Assembly (NCBI GenBank): GCA_038147295.1
Contig: JAYQTH010000002.1
Coordinates: 586,243-650,242 of the forward strand
DNA length: 64,000 bases
Reading direction: 5' to 3'
Source of the DNA: Gammaproteobacteria bacterium
GTDB taxonomy: Bacteria > Pseudomonadota > Gammaproteobacteria > Magnimaribacterales > TMED112
The position numbers and the translations under genes were made by a program. Numbering within the stretch: the first letter of the stretch is position 1; each line of letters opens with the position of its first letter. Positions 21,641 through 32,199 of this stretch are shown here, piece by piece. Under the pieces are notes generated by a model. The model had not been told where the DNA came from. It saw nothing but the letters and a program-made list of their open reading frames with translations, and did no database searches.

Positions 21641-21667
21641 GAACTTAACTTAATTTTTGAGGTCAAA
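21641..21667 (+). promoter_or_regulatory. Sigma-E-dependent promoter upstream of rpoE
   Basis: GAACTT-N15-GTCAAA matches the sigmaE consensus and ends 7 nt before the ATG at 21675. Confidence 0.75.
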
Positions 21668-21674
21668 AGGTAAC

Positions 21675-22214
21675 ATGAAAGGACAAAATATCTCAGAACT
21701 TGTAGAGCTATCTCAATCTGGAGATGAATCAGCTTTTGAAATTTTGTTTAAAACTTTTCAAACAAGATTGCATCATTCTTTATTCAAAGTGTTAAGAAAC
21801 TATCATGAAACCGAAGATATTGTGCAACAGGCTTTTATGAGAGCATGGGAGAAGATTGGCACTTTTAAGGGGGAAGCAAATTTCTATACTTGGCTATATA
21901 GGATTGGCTTTAATTTAGCTATCACAAAAATAAATAAATCAAGGGAGAATCAAATAGATGAAGATTTTGAGCTAACTCTAAAATCAGATGACAATGTTGT
22001 TCAAAATCTCACGGATAGACGCCTAGAAAATAAAATTATTGACTTACTCAATCAGATATCAGAAGAACAAAGAACAGCATACATCCTTTGTGAAATTGAC
22101 TCTAAGAATTATGAGGAAATTGCAAATATAACCGATGTACCAATTGGCACTGTCAGGTCAAGAATCTTTAGAGCAAGACAATTTTTAATGGAGAACCTAA
22201 AAAACGAATTATGA
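21675..22214 (+). CDS. rpoE: ECF sigma factor RpoE/AlgU
   Basis: EDIVQQAFMRAWEKI..FKGEANFYTWLYRI and VPIGTVRSRIFRAR; context rseA-degP-lepA. Confidence 0.92.
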   Translation: MKGQNISELVELSQSGDESAFEILFKTFQTRLHHSLFKVLRNYHETEDIVQQAFMRAWEKIGTFKGEANFYTWLYRIGFNLAITKINKSRENQIDEDFELTLKSDDNVVQNLTDRRLENKIIDLLNQISEEQRTAYILCEIDSKNYEEIANITDVPIGTVRSRIFRARQFLMENLKNEL

Positions 22215-22945
22215 AAAATATAACAGATTTTGATTTACAAAGACTATCATCATTTATTGATGGTGAAATGAGCAGAGAAGACATCAGAGAGCTTGTCTTG
22301 GATATGGGGAAAAACTCAGAATTAAAGGAATGTTACCTTAAGATGGTAGAACTGAGCCATGCATCTTCTCACATTAAAACATTAAGCTTTACAAAAAAAT
22401 TAAGTAACCTTTCATTGAATTCTCTACTTAAGGCTTTTTTTGAAAAGCTTGTTGCTCCTGTAGGTGTTTTTGCAGCAGGTGTCGTTATGAGCTATACAGT
22501 AGTGAATTCTATTGTTTCAGAGAATTACGAAAATAATGAAACTGCTGCTGTTATCGCTCAAGCTATTTCTTCAGCAGAAGCAAAGCAAACTCTGCTAAAC
22601 ATTCAAAATGAAGAAATAATACAATTTGCATCCAGACACTTTTCAAACACTCCAGACGCAAATATCCTTCCTGTTGGTTATGCTCCTAATTGGGTGCCAT
22701 CTGGTTTTAAATCTGATTCTGCTAGATCAAGTAAATTCATTAATAACTCTAAAAGAAAACAATTTTCTATTTTCGTGACTAGTCCAGAATCTTTTTCTTT
22801 ACCTGATGGCTCATATAGAAAGGAAAATTTTATTCTTATTAAAGAAACACATAACCACAACGGCGTTGCTCATACTCTTGCAGTTTTTGGGGATATAGAT
22901 ATTGAATCTGGTAAAAAAATCCTTAACTCTATAGAAGTTAAATAA
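22211..22945 (+). CDS. rseA: Anti-sigma factor RseA/MucA apparently fused to a RseB/MucB C-terminal domain
   Basis: N-terminal RLSSFIDGE, one TM helix, then APNWVPSGF...FSIFV...LAVFGDI..ESGKKILNSI. Confidence 0.72.
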   Translation: MKNITDFDLQRLSSFIDGEMSREDIRELVLDMGKNSELKECYLKMVELSHASSHIKTLSFTKKLSNLSLNSLLKAFFEKLVAPVGVFAAGVVMSYTVVNSIVSENYENNETAAVIAQAISSAEAKQTLLNIQNEEIIQFASRHFSNTPDANILPVGYAPNWVPSGFKSDSARSSKFINNSKRKQFSIFVTSPESFSLPDGSYRKENFILIKETHNHNGVAHTLAVFGDIDIESGKKILNSIEVK

Positions 22946-22951
22946 ACCTCA

Positions 22952-24343
22952 ATGAAAAAACTAATTTCTTTCTTTCTATTGCTTTCTTCTGCACTGTTTT
23001 CGGAGAGCCTTGATTTTTCTGAGCTTGTTAAAGAGCAAAGAAATTCAGTAGTAAACATAGAATCAACCAGACGAATTGAAACACAAATGAGCAGATCTTA
23101 TGGCGGTTTTCCCGAGGAATTATTTAGAGAATTCGGTTTTCCAATGCCAGATCAAAGAGAGCAAAGACCTCAACAGCGCGAGGCCGTTAGTACAGGATCA
23201 GGCTTTGTTATATCCAGTGACGGTTATGTAATAACGAATTTCCATGTAGTGCAGGATGCCGACGAAGTAGTAGTCAAATTTTACGATAGAAAAGAGTTTA
23301 AAGCAGAAATAATTGGTACAGATGAATTAAGTGATATTGCATTGTTGAAAATTACAGACGATGAATTTATCCCAGTTGAGCTTGGCAACTCCGACATAGT
23401 AGAACAGGGAGATGGTGTTATAGCGATTGGATCACCTTACAACTATGACTTTAGTGTTACTTTTGGAATTATAAGTGCTAAGGGGCGTGGCATCACATCA
23501 GGCAGAGGAATAGGTGACTATGTGCCCTACTTACAAACTGATGCTGCTGTTAATAGAGGAAATTCAGGAGGCCCATTATTTAATCTGGATGGAGAGGTTA
23601 TAGGTATAAATTCCCAGATTTACTCAAGGTCTGGTGGAAATGAGGGCCTAGCATTTGCTATACCAATAAATGTTGCCTTGGAGGTTATAGAACAACTTAA
23701 AGAAAGTGGAAAAGTATCTCGAGGCTACCTTGGAGTTCAAGGTGGTGAAGTTTCTAGTGATCTTGCCATAGCTCTTGGTATGGATAAGCCTTATGGTGCA
23801 TTGGTCAGGTCTGTCGTTGAAGGCGAGGCTGCAGAGTCAAGTGGGATCCTGCCTGGTGATGTTATTGTTGAAATTGGTGGCAAGGAAATAATTTATTTTA
23901 AAGATTTGCAACACAACATTGGAAGAACAAGACCAGAAACCGAAGTGGTTGCTAAAATCTTCAGAGAAGGAAAGTACATAAACCTTGATATTATTGTTGG
24001 TGAACTACCTGTAGTGCAAGAAGTAAATGAAACGAAAGAGGAACCAAAAGATCCAGATTATCCGCTGGGCATGAATCTTAGAGAGGTTGACCCAAACAAC
24101 AGAGCACCAAATGATCCAGAATATGGTTTAAGAGTATTAAGAGTTTTCTCCAATTCTCCAGCGTTTGGTCAAATTTTTGAAGGTGACGTAATAACCAAAA
24201 TCACCTTTAAAAATAAATCTTTTGAAATTACAACTTTAGATAGTTTTGTTAAAACACTTGAATCGTTTGATACAGGCGACATAATTCTTATAATTGGTAC
24301 CCGCAATGGTGCCAACTTATTTGAGCCTGTAGAAATTGAGTAA
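22952..24343 (+). CDS. HtrA-family serine protease with two PDZ domains (DegP/MucD-like)
   Basis: Signal peptide; [19 protein letters not shown] and [15 protein letters not shown] catalytic triad motifs. Confidence 0.93.
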   Translation: MKKLISFFLLLSSALFSESLDFSELVKEQRNSVVNIESTRRIETQMSRSYGGFPEELFREFGFPMPDQREQRPQQREAVSTGSGFVISSDGYVITNFHVVQDADEVVVKFYDRKEFKAEIIGTDELSDIALLKITDDEFIPVELGNSDIVEQGDGVIAIGSPYNYDFSVTFGIISAKGRGITSGRGIGDYVPYLQTDAAVNRGNSGGPLFNLDGEVIGINSQIYSRSGGNEGLAFAIPINVALEVIEQLKESGKVSRGYLGVQGGEVSSDLAIALGMDKPYGALVRSVVEGEAAESSGILPGDVIVEIGGKEIIYFKDLQHNIGRTRPETEVVAKIFREGKYINLDIIVGELPVVQEVNETKEEPKDPDYPLGMNLREVDPNNRAPNDPEYGLRVLRVFSNSPAFGQIFEGDVITKITFKNKSFEITTLDSFVKTLESFDTGDIILIIGTRNGANLFEPVEIE

Positions 24344-26126
24344 TACTAGAAACTTTTCAATTATCGCCCATATCGATCATGGGAAATCAACTTTATCCGA
24401 TAGAATAATCGAGCATTGTGGAGGGTTGAGTAAAAGAGAGATGAAATCTCAGGTCCTAGATACACTTGAGCTTGAGCGAGAAAGAGGTATCACAATTAAG
24501 GCTCAATCGGTCTCATTACAATATAAAAATAATTCTGGAGAATACAACCTCAATCTAATTGATACTCCAGGACATGTAGATTTTTCTTATGAGGTTTCAC
24601 GTTCTCTTGCTGCTTGTGAAGGCGCTTTATTAGTTGTTGACGGCTCTCAGGGGGTAGAGGCACAAACTCTTTCAACTTGCTACAAGGCCATTGATTTAGG
24701 GCTGGAAGTTATCCCTGTTATAAACAAGATTGATCTACCACAAGCAGACCCCGATAGAGTAAAGAAAGAGATAGAAGAAATTATAGGCATAGATGCATCT
24801 GATGCCATCTGCGTTAGTGCAAAAGACGGCACGGGTTTAACCGAACTTTTAGACTTGGTTGTTAGAGAAATTCCTCCACCCAAGGATAAAAGTGATGATC
24901 CATTGCAGGCGTTGATAATTGATTCATGGTACGACAATTTTCTTGGAGTAATTTCACTGATCAGAGTTTTTAGTGGCAGCATAAAAAGAGGAGAAAAATT
25001 TATTGTTAAATCCAATGGTCAAACTTTCACAGCCGATACCCTAGGTGTATTTACTCCAAAAAAGAACGATAAAGATAGCCTTAGCTCAGGCCAAGTAGGT
25101 TTTTTGGTTGCAAATGTTAAAGAATTAAAATCAGTTCCAGTTGGCGATACAATTATTTCTGCAAAGCTCCCGGAAACAAATGCCCTTGATGGTTTTGAAA
25201 AAGTGCAGCCCCAAGTTTTTGCTTCATTTTATCCGATTGACTCAAATGAGTATCAGTCATTTAGAGAAGCACTTCAAAAACTCAGTCTGAATGATTCGTC
25301 TGTTGTATTTGAACCTGAGAATTCAGAGATTCTTGGTAGTGGTTTTAGGTGTGGTTTTTTAGGAACACTTCATATGGAGGTAATTAAAGAGAGACTGGAA
25401 AGAGAGTATGGATTAAGCCTCATCACTACAGCTCCAAGCGTGGCCTATGAAATATTAAAAACAAACGGAGAGGAGATAATGATATCTTCACCATCTCAGC
25501 TGCCGACAACCAATGAAATAAATGAAATAAGAGAACCCATGATCAAATCAACTGTATTGTGTCCTGATAAGTATGTTGGAGACGTTATTGAATTAGCAAT
25601 GTCAAAAAGAGGAATCCAGAAGGATCTTCAATATTTGGGAGGACAGGTATCATTAACTTTTGATATGCCACTTTCAGAAATAGTTATGGATTTCTTTGAC
25701 ACATTAAAATCAAAAAGCCAAGGATATGCATCAGTTGATTTTGTATTTGATCGATATCAGCACTCAGATCTTGTAAAAGTTGATGTTGCCATAAATGGTC
25801 TTGTTGTAGATTCTCTTTCGGCCATCATGCATAGAGGCGACGCTCAAAGAAGAGGTAGAGAAATCGCTAAGAGATTAAAGGACGTTATTCCTAGACAAAT
25901 GTTTGAGATTCCAATACAAATAATGTTAGGCAGTAAAATTATTGCCAGGGAGAGTGTTAAAGCTTTTAGAAAAAATGTTACTGCAAAACTATATGGTGGA
26001 GATGTTACTAGAAAGAAGAAACTGCTTGAAAAGCAAAAGGCAGGAAAGAAGAAAATGAAGCAGATAGGAAAAGTTGCGCTACCACAAGAAGCTTTTTTAA
26101 GCTTTTTATCTAACGAGAAAAAGTAA
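24336..26126 (+). CDS. lepA: Elongation factor 4
   Basis: [25 protein letters not shown] and [12 protein letters not shown]; TTG start overlaps the protease stop by 8 nt. Confidence 0.98.
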   Translation: MSNTRNFSIIAHIDHGKSTLSDRIIEHCGGLSKREMKSQVLDTLELERERGITIKAQSVSLQYKNNSGEYNLNLIDTPGHVDFSYEVSRSLAACEGALLVVDGSQGVEAQTLSTCYKAIDLGLEVIPVINKIDLPQADPDRVKKEIEEIIGIDASDAICVSAKDGTGLTELLDLVVREIPPPKDKSDDPLQALIIDSWYDNFLGVISLIRVFSGSIKRGEKFIVKSNGQTFTADTLGVFTPKKNDKDSLSSGQVGFLVANVKELKSVPVGDTIISAKLPETNALDGFEKVQPQVFASFYPIDSNEYQSFREALQKLSLNDSSVVFEPENSEILGSGFRCGFLGTLHMEVIKERLEREYGLSLITTAPSVAYEILKTNGEEIMISSPSQLPTTNEINEIREPMIKSTVLCPDKYVGDVIELAMSKRGIQKDLQYLGGQVSLTFDMPLSEIVMDFFDTLKSKSQGYASVDFVFDRYQHSDLVKVDVAINGLVVDSLSAIMHRGDAQRRGREIAKRLKDVIPRQMFEIPIQIMLGSKIIARESVKAFRKNVTAKLYGGDVTRKKKLLEKQKAGKKKMKQIGKVALPQEAFLSFLSNEKK

Positions 26127-26128
26127 TT

Positions 26129-27037
26129 ATGTTAGAGGTATTTTTTTCACTGATTACACCCTTGGCAAATATCTTTTGGTTTAGCCTTTTAAATCTAGGG
26201 ATATGTCTCATTTCAATTCATTGGATTTATGTTCGAAACCAAACAGGGGATAATCCAACACAGCACAGAGCCCTACAATCTATTGGGCTTGTGCTGGCTC
26301 TACTTGCTATTGGAATTCTTTGGATAAAGCAATGGAACATTGGTGATTTACTTGCGTTTTATACAGTCTTTTCGGGTGTAGTTTATTTATCCACGTTAAA
26401 TCTAGACAAAAACGTTTTAAAAGAAGCAAGAGGTTGGTTTTTATCAATATTGTTTGTATTTGTCATACGCGGTTATATTTATGAGCCATGGCAGATACCA
26501 TCTAGCTCAATGAAACCGAACCTTGAGATTGGTGATTTTGTTTTAGTAAATAGAAATGCTTATGGTTTGGAAATCCCATTTACAGGCAGAGCAAAAATTT
26601 TATCCCGATCACCAGAAATTGGAGAAGTTGTGGTTTTCTTCCCACCGCATAAACCAACAACACCATTTGTAAAAAGAGTGATTGCAAAAGGTGGCGACAA
26701 AGTTACTTATGCAAATAAAAAGTACTTTGTTAATGGCAATGAGCTTGAGGCAAGTTTCTTTTCTGAGGATATTTCAGGCGGCAATCTTTTTTATGAACAA
26801 AATAACAACCTTAGCTACGTCATAAGAAAAATACCCTCTAGACTTGCAGTAAACGGATCTTGGGAGATACCTGAAGGCAGTTTTTTTGTTTCGGGGGACA
26901 ATAGGGATAATTCAAGCGATAGTCGTGAATGGGGATATATCACTGAAGATGTCATATGGGGCAGAGCAGACTTTATCTGGATGTCTTGGCCTCAAGGCAA
27001 TTTCCCTAATTTTTCCAGAGTGGGCAAGGTTGAGTAA
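26129..27037 (+). CDS. lepB: Signal peptidase I with extended hydrophobic N-terminus
   Basis: EPWQIPSSSMKPNL..GDFVLV, FVKRVI and GDNRDNSSDSREWG. Confidence 0.93.
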   Translation: MLEVFFSLITPLANIFWFSLLNLGICLISIHWIYVRNQTGDNPTQHRALQSIGLVLALLAIGILWIKQWNIGDLLAFYTVFSGVVYLSTLNLDKNVLKEARGWFLSILFVFVIRGYIYEPWQIPSSSMKPNLEIGDFVLVNRNAYGLEIPFTGRAKILSRSPEIGEVVVFFPPHKPTTPFVKRVIAKGGDKVTYANKKYFVNGNELEASFFSEDISGGNLFYEQNNNLSYVIRKIPSRLAVNGSWEIPEGSFFVSGDNRDNSSDSREWGYITEDVIWGRADFIWMSWPQGNFPNFSRVGKVE

Positions 27038-27043
27038 GCTTTA

Positions 27044-27928
27044 ATGATGAAATGTGGTTTTGTGACAATTATTGGTAAAACCAATGTCGGCAAATCTACA
27101 TTTTTAAATGCATTCATAGGCAAGAAAGTCTCAATTACTTCAAAAAAATCACAAACAACTAGATCAAATATTTATGCTGTAAAAACTACCAAAAGTCTTC
27201 AAGCAATATTCATTGATACTCCTGGAATTCACCTAAGAACTGAAAAAGCCCTCAATAAAGTGCTAAGAAAAAAACCTCTGGAAGCTATTAATGATATTGA
27301 TGTGATTTTGTATATGGTATCTGGAACAAAATTTGATCAAGTAGATCAAGACGCCCTGAATTTAATAAAAAACTCTACTGCAAAAAAGATTTTATTAATA
27401 AACAAAATTGATTTAGTTGCCGACAAATCCGCTTTATTTGAATTTGTTAAAAATCTCGAAGAAAAAAATCTTTTTGAATCTATCATTCCAATTTCTTCAG
27501 AAAAAGAATTAGGATTCGACATTGTACTAGATGAGCTTGAGAAAGCATTACCTGAAAATGATCTATTTTATCCACCGGAGGGGTTTGATTTTCAGAGCAT
27601 TAATTTTGAAATCAGTGAATTAATTAGAGAAAAGGTTATTCGGTTTCTTGGTGATGAGCTGCCCTATGAAACTGCCATCTTCCTTGAAAATGTAAGTGAC
27701 TTAAAATCGCACTTTGAAATTAATGCATTAATTTATGTAGCAAAACAAAGTCAGAAAAAGATAGTCATTGGAGCAGAGGGGTCAAAGATTAAACAAATTG
27801 GTACCAATGCAAGAAAAGAATTAGAAAACCATTTGGGTAGAAAAGTAAACCTAAACTTATGGTGTAAAGTTAAGAAAAACTGGCTGGATAACCCCATCAC
27901 ACTTGAGAGCCTGGGCATAAAGAACTAA
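27044..27928 (+). CDS. era: GTPase Era
   Basis: GKTNVGKST, QTTR, DTPG, NKID and KH-domain VIGAEGSKIKQIG. Confidence 0.96.
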   Translation: MMKCGFVTIIGKTNVGKSTFLNAFIGKKVSITSKKSQTTRSNIYAVKTTKSLQAIFIDTPGIHLRTEKALNKVLRKKPLEAINDIDVILYMVSGTKFDQVDQDALNLIKNSTAKKILLINKIDLVADKSALFEFVKNLEEKNLFESIIPISSEKELGFDIVLDELEKALPENDLFYPPEGFDFQSINFEISELIREKVIRFLGDELPYETAIFLENVSDLKSHFEINALIYVAKQSQKKIVIGAEGSKIKQIGTNARKELENHLGRKVNLNLWCKVKKNWLDNPITLESLGIKN

Positions 27929-28605
27929 TGATTACCAACCTACAAGAGGCTTATGTTATACATGCTAAAGCCTATAAAGAAACAAGCATATTGGTAACCT
28001 TCTTTACTAAAAATGACGGAAAGGTAAGCGCAATTGCCAAAGGAGCAAAAAGGCCAAAATCCAAATTTTCAGGAACACTTGAACCATTCCAGAAGATTGC
28101 TATTGACTACAGCGGCAGAACATCCTTGAAAACACTTAAAAGCAGCGAATGCATTGAGCCATTCAAGGAATTTTGCACTAGAAAAAACTTATATTCGGCC
28201 TTTTATGTAAATGAGCTTATTAATTGCATGGTAAAGTCAAATGAAGATCCAATAGAATTATTTAATCTTTATGAGCAATGCATACTTCAATTATATGATG
28301 ATAGTGATACAAATAAGGTCTTACGCAATTTTGAGTTCAATATGATGAAAGTTTTGGGGTACGAAATAAATTTTCAATCGGACTATAGAAGTGGAGATCC
28401 ATTGGATGCTAATTCATTTTATACTTATGCCCCTCAAATGGGCTTTACTATTTCAGATAGTGGGTATGGCGGAGAACAATTAATTGAAATTAGAGAAAAA
28501 AAATTCAGTAAAGAAAATTTGGAATTAGCGAAACAAATAATTAAACAAACTTTAGACTTTTATTTTGAAGAATTGAATATTAATAGCAGAAGTTTTTTTA
28601 GATGA
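27928..28605 (+). CDS. recO: DNA repair protein RecO
   Basis: AYVIHAKAYKETS, GKVSAIAKGAKRPKS and YVNELI; follows era. Confidence 0.9.
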   Translation: MITNLQEAYVIHAKAYKETSILVTFFTKNDGKVSAIAKGAKRPKSKFSGTLEPFQKIAIDYSGRTSLKTLKSSECIEPFKEFCTRKNLYSAFYVNELINCMVKSNEDPIELFNLYEQCILQLYDDSDTNKVLRNFEFNMMKVLGYEINFQSDYRSGDPLDANSFYTYAPQMGFTISDSGYGGEQLIEIREKKFSKENLELAKQIIKQTLDFYFEELNINSRSFFR

Positions 28606-28958
28606 TCAAAGGAATAGGCACTGATTTAGTTGAACAATCAAGAGTTGCAGCTTTACTATCAAAATATGGCCAGAAGTTTCTAAACAAAATCTTATCAAAA
28701 AATGAAATTTTCCATATCGAGAAATACAGTAGTGAGAGTAAGTTAAATTTTATTTGTTCTTCCTTTGCAGCTAAGGAAGCTTTTGTAAAGGCATTAGGCA
28801 CTGGCTTTAGAGGCATTTACCCAAACCAAATGACCTATCTTAAAAACAATGAGGGTAAACCCTCTCTTAATATTGAAAAACCAATTAATTATTCTATTCA
28901 TCTATCAATATCTAATGTCGCTGGATATACTTTGTCTTTTATAGTTCTTGAGGAATGA
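28602..28958 (+). CDS. acpS: Holo-ACP synthase
   Basis: GIGTDLVE, FAAKEAFVKALGTG and HLSISN. Confidence 0.92.
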   Translation: MIKGIGTDLVEQSRVAALLSKYGQKFLNKILSKNEIFHIEKYSSESKLNFICSSFAAKEAFVKALGTGFRGIYPNQMTYLKNNEGKPSLNIEKPINYSIHLSISNVAGYTLSFIVLEE

Positions 28959-29587
28959 GAATAATACTATTAGGAATGCCAGGTGCTGGAAAGGGCACAC
29001 AAGCTCAAATAATTGAGGAGGAGCTTGCTATCGCGAACGTTTCAACCGGCGCGATTCTTAGAGAGGTTAGTAAATCCGAATCTGATCTTGCCCAAAAAGT
29101 CCAAATATATTTAAACTCTGGGCAACTTGTCCCAGATGAAATAATTATTGAAATGTTAGTGGAAAGAATATCCAAAGATGATTGCAATAATGGCTTTATT
29201 CTTGATGGCTTCCCAAGGAATATTGAACAGGCAAAGTCATTGGACCAGGCCGGTGTCAGTATAGATTTAGTAATTTACTTAAAGATTCTTGAAGAACAAA
29301 TTATTGAGCGCATGTCTGGAAGAAGAATACACTTGGCATCAGGACGTTCTTACCATACTACTTTTAACCCACCTAAAGTTGATGGGAAAGATGATCTAAC
29401 CGGAGAGGATTTGGTTCAAAGATCTGACGACAAGCCTGATGTCATTAAAAAGAGGTTAGAGGTATATTTTAATGAGACAGAACCAATGTTAGATTTCTAT
29501 AAAAATAAGGATATACAATTTTATGAGATTGACGCATCAGAGCCTGTAAAAGCAGTTACAGAAAAAATACTCAAGATCATAAATTGA
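28955..29587 (+). CDS. adk: Adenylate kinase
   Basis: LLGMPGAGKGTQA, GFILDGFPR and GRRIHLASGRSYH LID domain. Confidence 0.97.
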   Translation: MRIILLGMPGAGKGTQAQIIEEELAIANVSTGAILREVSKSESDLAQKVQIYLNSGQLVPDEIIIEMLVERISKDDCNNGFILDGFPRNIEQAKSLDQAGVSIDLVIYLKILEEQIIERMSGRRIHLASGRSYHTTFNPPKVDGKDDLTGEDLVQRSDDKPDVIKKRLEVYFNETEPMLDFYKNKDIQFYEIDASEPVKAVTEKILKIIN

Positions 29588-30162
29588 ACCTTCTAGCATT
29601 AGACCTCACAAATGAAATTCATTACATTGCAGTTAGATTCTTTGGAAAAGAATATTCACTTGAGTTCTCAGAGAACAATAGATCCCAAAGGAACGATTGG
29701 AACAAAAAAATTGACGAAATTTATAACAAAATTCCAAATTTTGACCTAAAAGAAATTGATGCAAACATTTATGCAGCAGGCCCTGGTTCATATACAGGCG
29801 CTAGACTAGCATATACCTTTTTCAGCACTCTAGAGTACATCAACAATACTCCTTTTTACGCAGTATCAAATCTAGAGGCAATGAACATTGAGTGCCCTGA
29901 TGCCGTACCTTTCTTTGCAAACAATAATAAAGATTTTTTCTTTAGAATAAATGGACAAGACAAACACACCAATGATATTAAGGAGATACAAGTGTTGGGG
30001 AAAAAGCTTGTCGGCTTTGAACACAATAAGGATTTGGTTGATCTAGTTATCCCCAAAAATGTAGTTGTAAAAAATGTTCTTGAGGTTATTGAGAGACAAA
30101 ATTTAGCAAGTGGAGATAATTACCCCAACTATATTAAAGAATTAGCTTATAAGAAATTGTGA
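29584..30162 (+). CDS. tsaB: Divergent TsaB (t6A biosynthesis) protein
   Basis: LLALD and GPGSYTGARLA motifs; adk-tsaB synteny; C-terminal half strongly diverged. Confidence 0.7.
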   Translation: MNLLALDLTNEIHYIAVRFFGKEYSLEFSENNRSQRNDWNKKIDEIYNKIPNFDLKEIDANIYAAGPGSYTGARLAYTFFSTLEYINNTPFYAVSNLEAMNIECPDAVPFFANNNKDFFFRINGQDKHTNDIKEIQVLGKKLVGFEHNKDLVDLVIPKNVVVKNVLEVIERQNLASGDNYPNYIKELAYKKL

Positions 30163-30926
30163 TGGAAGATTTGTCATTAATCCAAATTTTAATTTTGTCA
30201 ATAATTCAAGCTCTTACAGAGTTTTTGCCAATATCAAGTTCTGCACATTTACTCTTGCCTAGCAAATTATTAGGGTGGCCAGATCAGGGTCTTTTCTTTG
30301 ATATTGCAGTTCATTTTGGCAGTCTTTTTGCTGTAATAATTTATTTTTGGAAAGAACTCACAAATATTAAGTTTTACACCTCAAAGTTATTCCTTTTAGT
30401 TGTGATAGCTACTGTTCCCCTTGTATTAGCAACATTGTTTATTGATGAACTTGGCAGCTACAGATGGTCAATTCAAACAATTGCTATATCTAACTTGATT
30501 TTTGCTGCACTTTTGTATTTAAGCACCATTGTTGGCAATAATACAAAATCTAATAAAGATATGACTATCCTACACGCAGTAGGTATTGGTATTTGGCAAA
30601 TTTTTAGCGCTATTTCAGGAGCATCAAGGTCTGGAACAGCTATTACAGGAGCGTTATTTTTTGGTTTTAGAAGAGAGGATGCAGCTAAATTTTCAATTTT
30701 ACTTTCCATTCCCACAATAATGGGTGCCCTTGTTTTCATCATATCAAAAAATAGTATTTTAAACGAAGATAGTTATATTTTAGATGCATTTATACCATTT
30801 TTAACGACATTTATAGTATCTTATTTCTGTATAAAATGGTTTATTTCATTCGTTAAACGAGTTGGCTATCTGCCATTTATAATTTACAGGGTTGTTTTGG
30901 GAGTATTGCTTTTGTGGCTGATATAA
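30162..30926 (+). CDS. uppP: Undecaprenyl-diphosphatase BacA/UppP
   Basis: IQALTEFLPISSSAH, HFGSLFAV and GASRSGTAIT. Confidence 0.93.
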   Translation: MEDLSLIQILILSIIQALTEFLPISSSAHLLLPSKLLGWPDQGLFFDIAVHFGSLFAVIIYFWKELTNIKFYTSKLFLLVVIATVPLVLATLFIDELGSYRWSIQTIAISNLIFAALLYLSTIVGNNTKSNKDMTILHAVGIGIWQIFSAISGASRSGTAITGALFFGFRREDAAKFSILLSIPTIMGALVFIISKNSILNEDSYILDAFIPFLTTFIVSYFCIKWFISFVKRVGYLPFIIYRVVLGVLLLWLI

Positions 30927-31627
30927 GCTTTATCTGTTATCAGGAGAACTTTAAAGATAAAGCACTAACTCTTGCAGAAAAGTACTCTTTGAAGTTGAGC
31001 TCTCTCGCTGCAAAACAGCCTTATTTGTATATCAGTGAAAATCCATTTATTAAGTTTAAAGATAAAGAGATCATAAACTCCTTTAGGTCTGGCTCTTTCA
31101 GTAACAGAATTAAAAATTTCCAACGCGAATCACTTTTAAAAAAAGCCATCGGTTATGGTGGTGAAAGTTCACAAAAGATTTTGGACTGCACTGCAGGATT
31201 GGGTCATGATGCATTCATCCTTGCTCTTTTGGGACAATATGTAACCTTTGTCGAGAAAAATAAAGGTTTGTGCATATTATTTGAGCTTGCTTTAGAAAGC
31301 TTGCCACAAACTTCTTATTTTCAAGAAGCAAAAAAGAGAATCACAATTATTAACGATGATTCTGCATCTTTTGTAGACAAATTGTTCGATTACGATGTTG
31401 TATACATCGACCCAATGTTTAAGGATAGGGGGACTGCTGGTAGATCAGGTGTTATGAGTTTAATTTCAGATTACTTAGATGACTTCACCGATGTTTCAGA
31501 TGTTCTTATTGGGTCGAAATTCAATAGAATGGTAATTAAAAGGCAAAAACAGTTTAAGCAAACTGGTAATGTGTCGCCAAGTTTCATTCTTAGCGGTAAA
31601 TCAATCAATTTTCATGTATTTATTTAA
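30914..31627 (+). CDS. rsmJ: 16S rRNA m2G1516 methyltransferase RsmJ-like
   Basis: ILDCTAGLGHDAFILA and VVYIDPMF motifs. Confidence 0.8.
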   Translation: MADISFICYQENFKDKALTLAEKYSLKLSSLAAKQPYLYISENPFIKFKDKEIINSFRSGSFSNRIKNFQRESLLKKAIGYGGESSQKILDCTAGLGHDAFILALLGQYVTFVEKNKGLCILFELALESLPQTSYFQEAKKRITIINDDSASFVDKLFDYDVVYIDPMFKDRGTAGRSGVMSLISDYLDDFTDVSDVLIGSKFNRMVIKRQKQFKQTGNVSPSFILSGKSINFHVFI

Positions 31628-31668
31628 ATCTAGTTATTTTGATTTTTTTTTGATGGTAATATGTTGAA

Positions 31669-32199
31669 ATGAATTTCGGACAAGCTTTAGACTCCGCCCT
31701 GATCAAAAACTATAAGACATTTAAAGGCAGGGCATGCCGTGCAGAATGGTTTTATTTTTTGCTTTTTAGTGTTGGTCTTACTATTTTAATATCAATTATA
31801 GGAGGCATTGTCTCTGTTGCTGGATTGGATGTTGAATACCTTGCAACTTTAAGTGAAGAACAGGCCGCAGAGTATTTACTTAAAAGCCCTCAGTTTGAGT
31901 ACATCAAATGGATAAGTATTTTTGTAAGTCTTTTGCTTTTCCTTCCATCTCTTTCAGTTACTGTCAGAAGACTTCAAGATTTGGATTATTCATTTTATTG
32001 GGCAATCCCATATTTTCTAACTAGTGCCGTTGCATTAGTAATTAGTTTTGACCCATTAGCTGAGCTTGCTCAAAGGCTTGGTGGAGCAGTTAATCTAGTA
32101 GGTATTGTGTATATACTAGTGTTTTTAAGAAAGGGCTCTTACGGTCCAAATAGGTTTGGAGAAAACCCTTTAGAAGAAAACCCTAAAGATACTTACTAA
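31669..32199 (+). CDS. DUF805 membrane protein
   Basis: FKGRA.RAEWFYF, PSLSVTVRRLQD and KGSYGPNRFG.NP. Confidence 0.88.
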   Translation: MNFGQALDSALIKNYKTFKGRACRAEWFYFLLFSVGLTILISIIGGIVSVAGLDVEYLATLSEEQAAEYLLKSPQFEYIKWISIFVSLLLFLPSLSVTVRRLQDLDYSFYWAIPYFLTSAVALVISFDPLAELAQRLGGAVNLVGIVYILVFLRKGSYGPNRFGENPLEENPKDTY

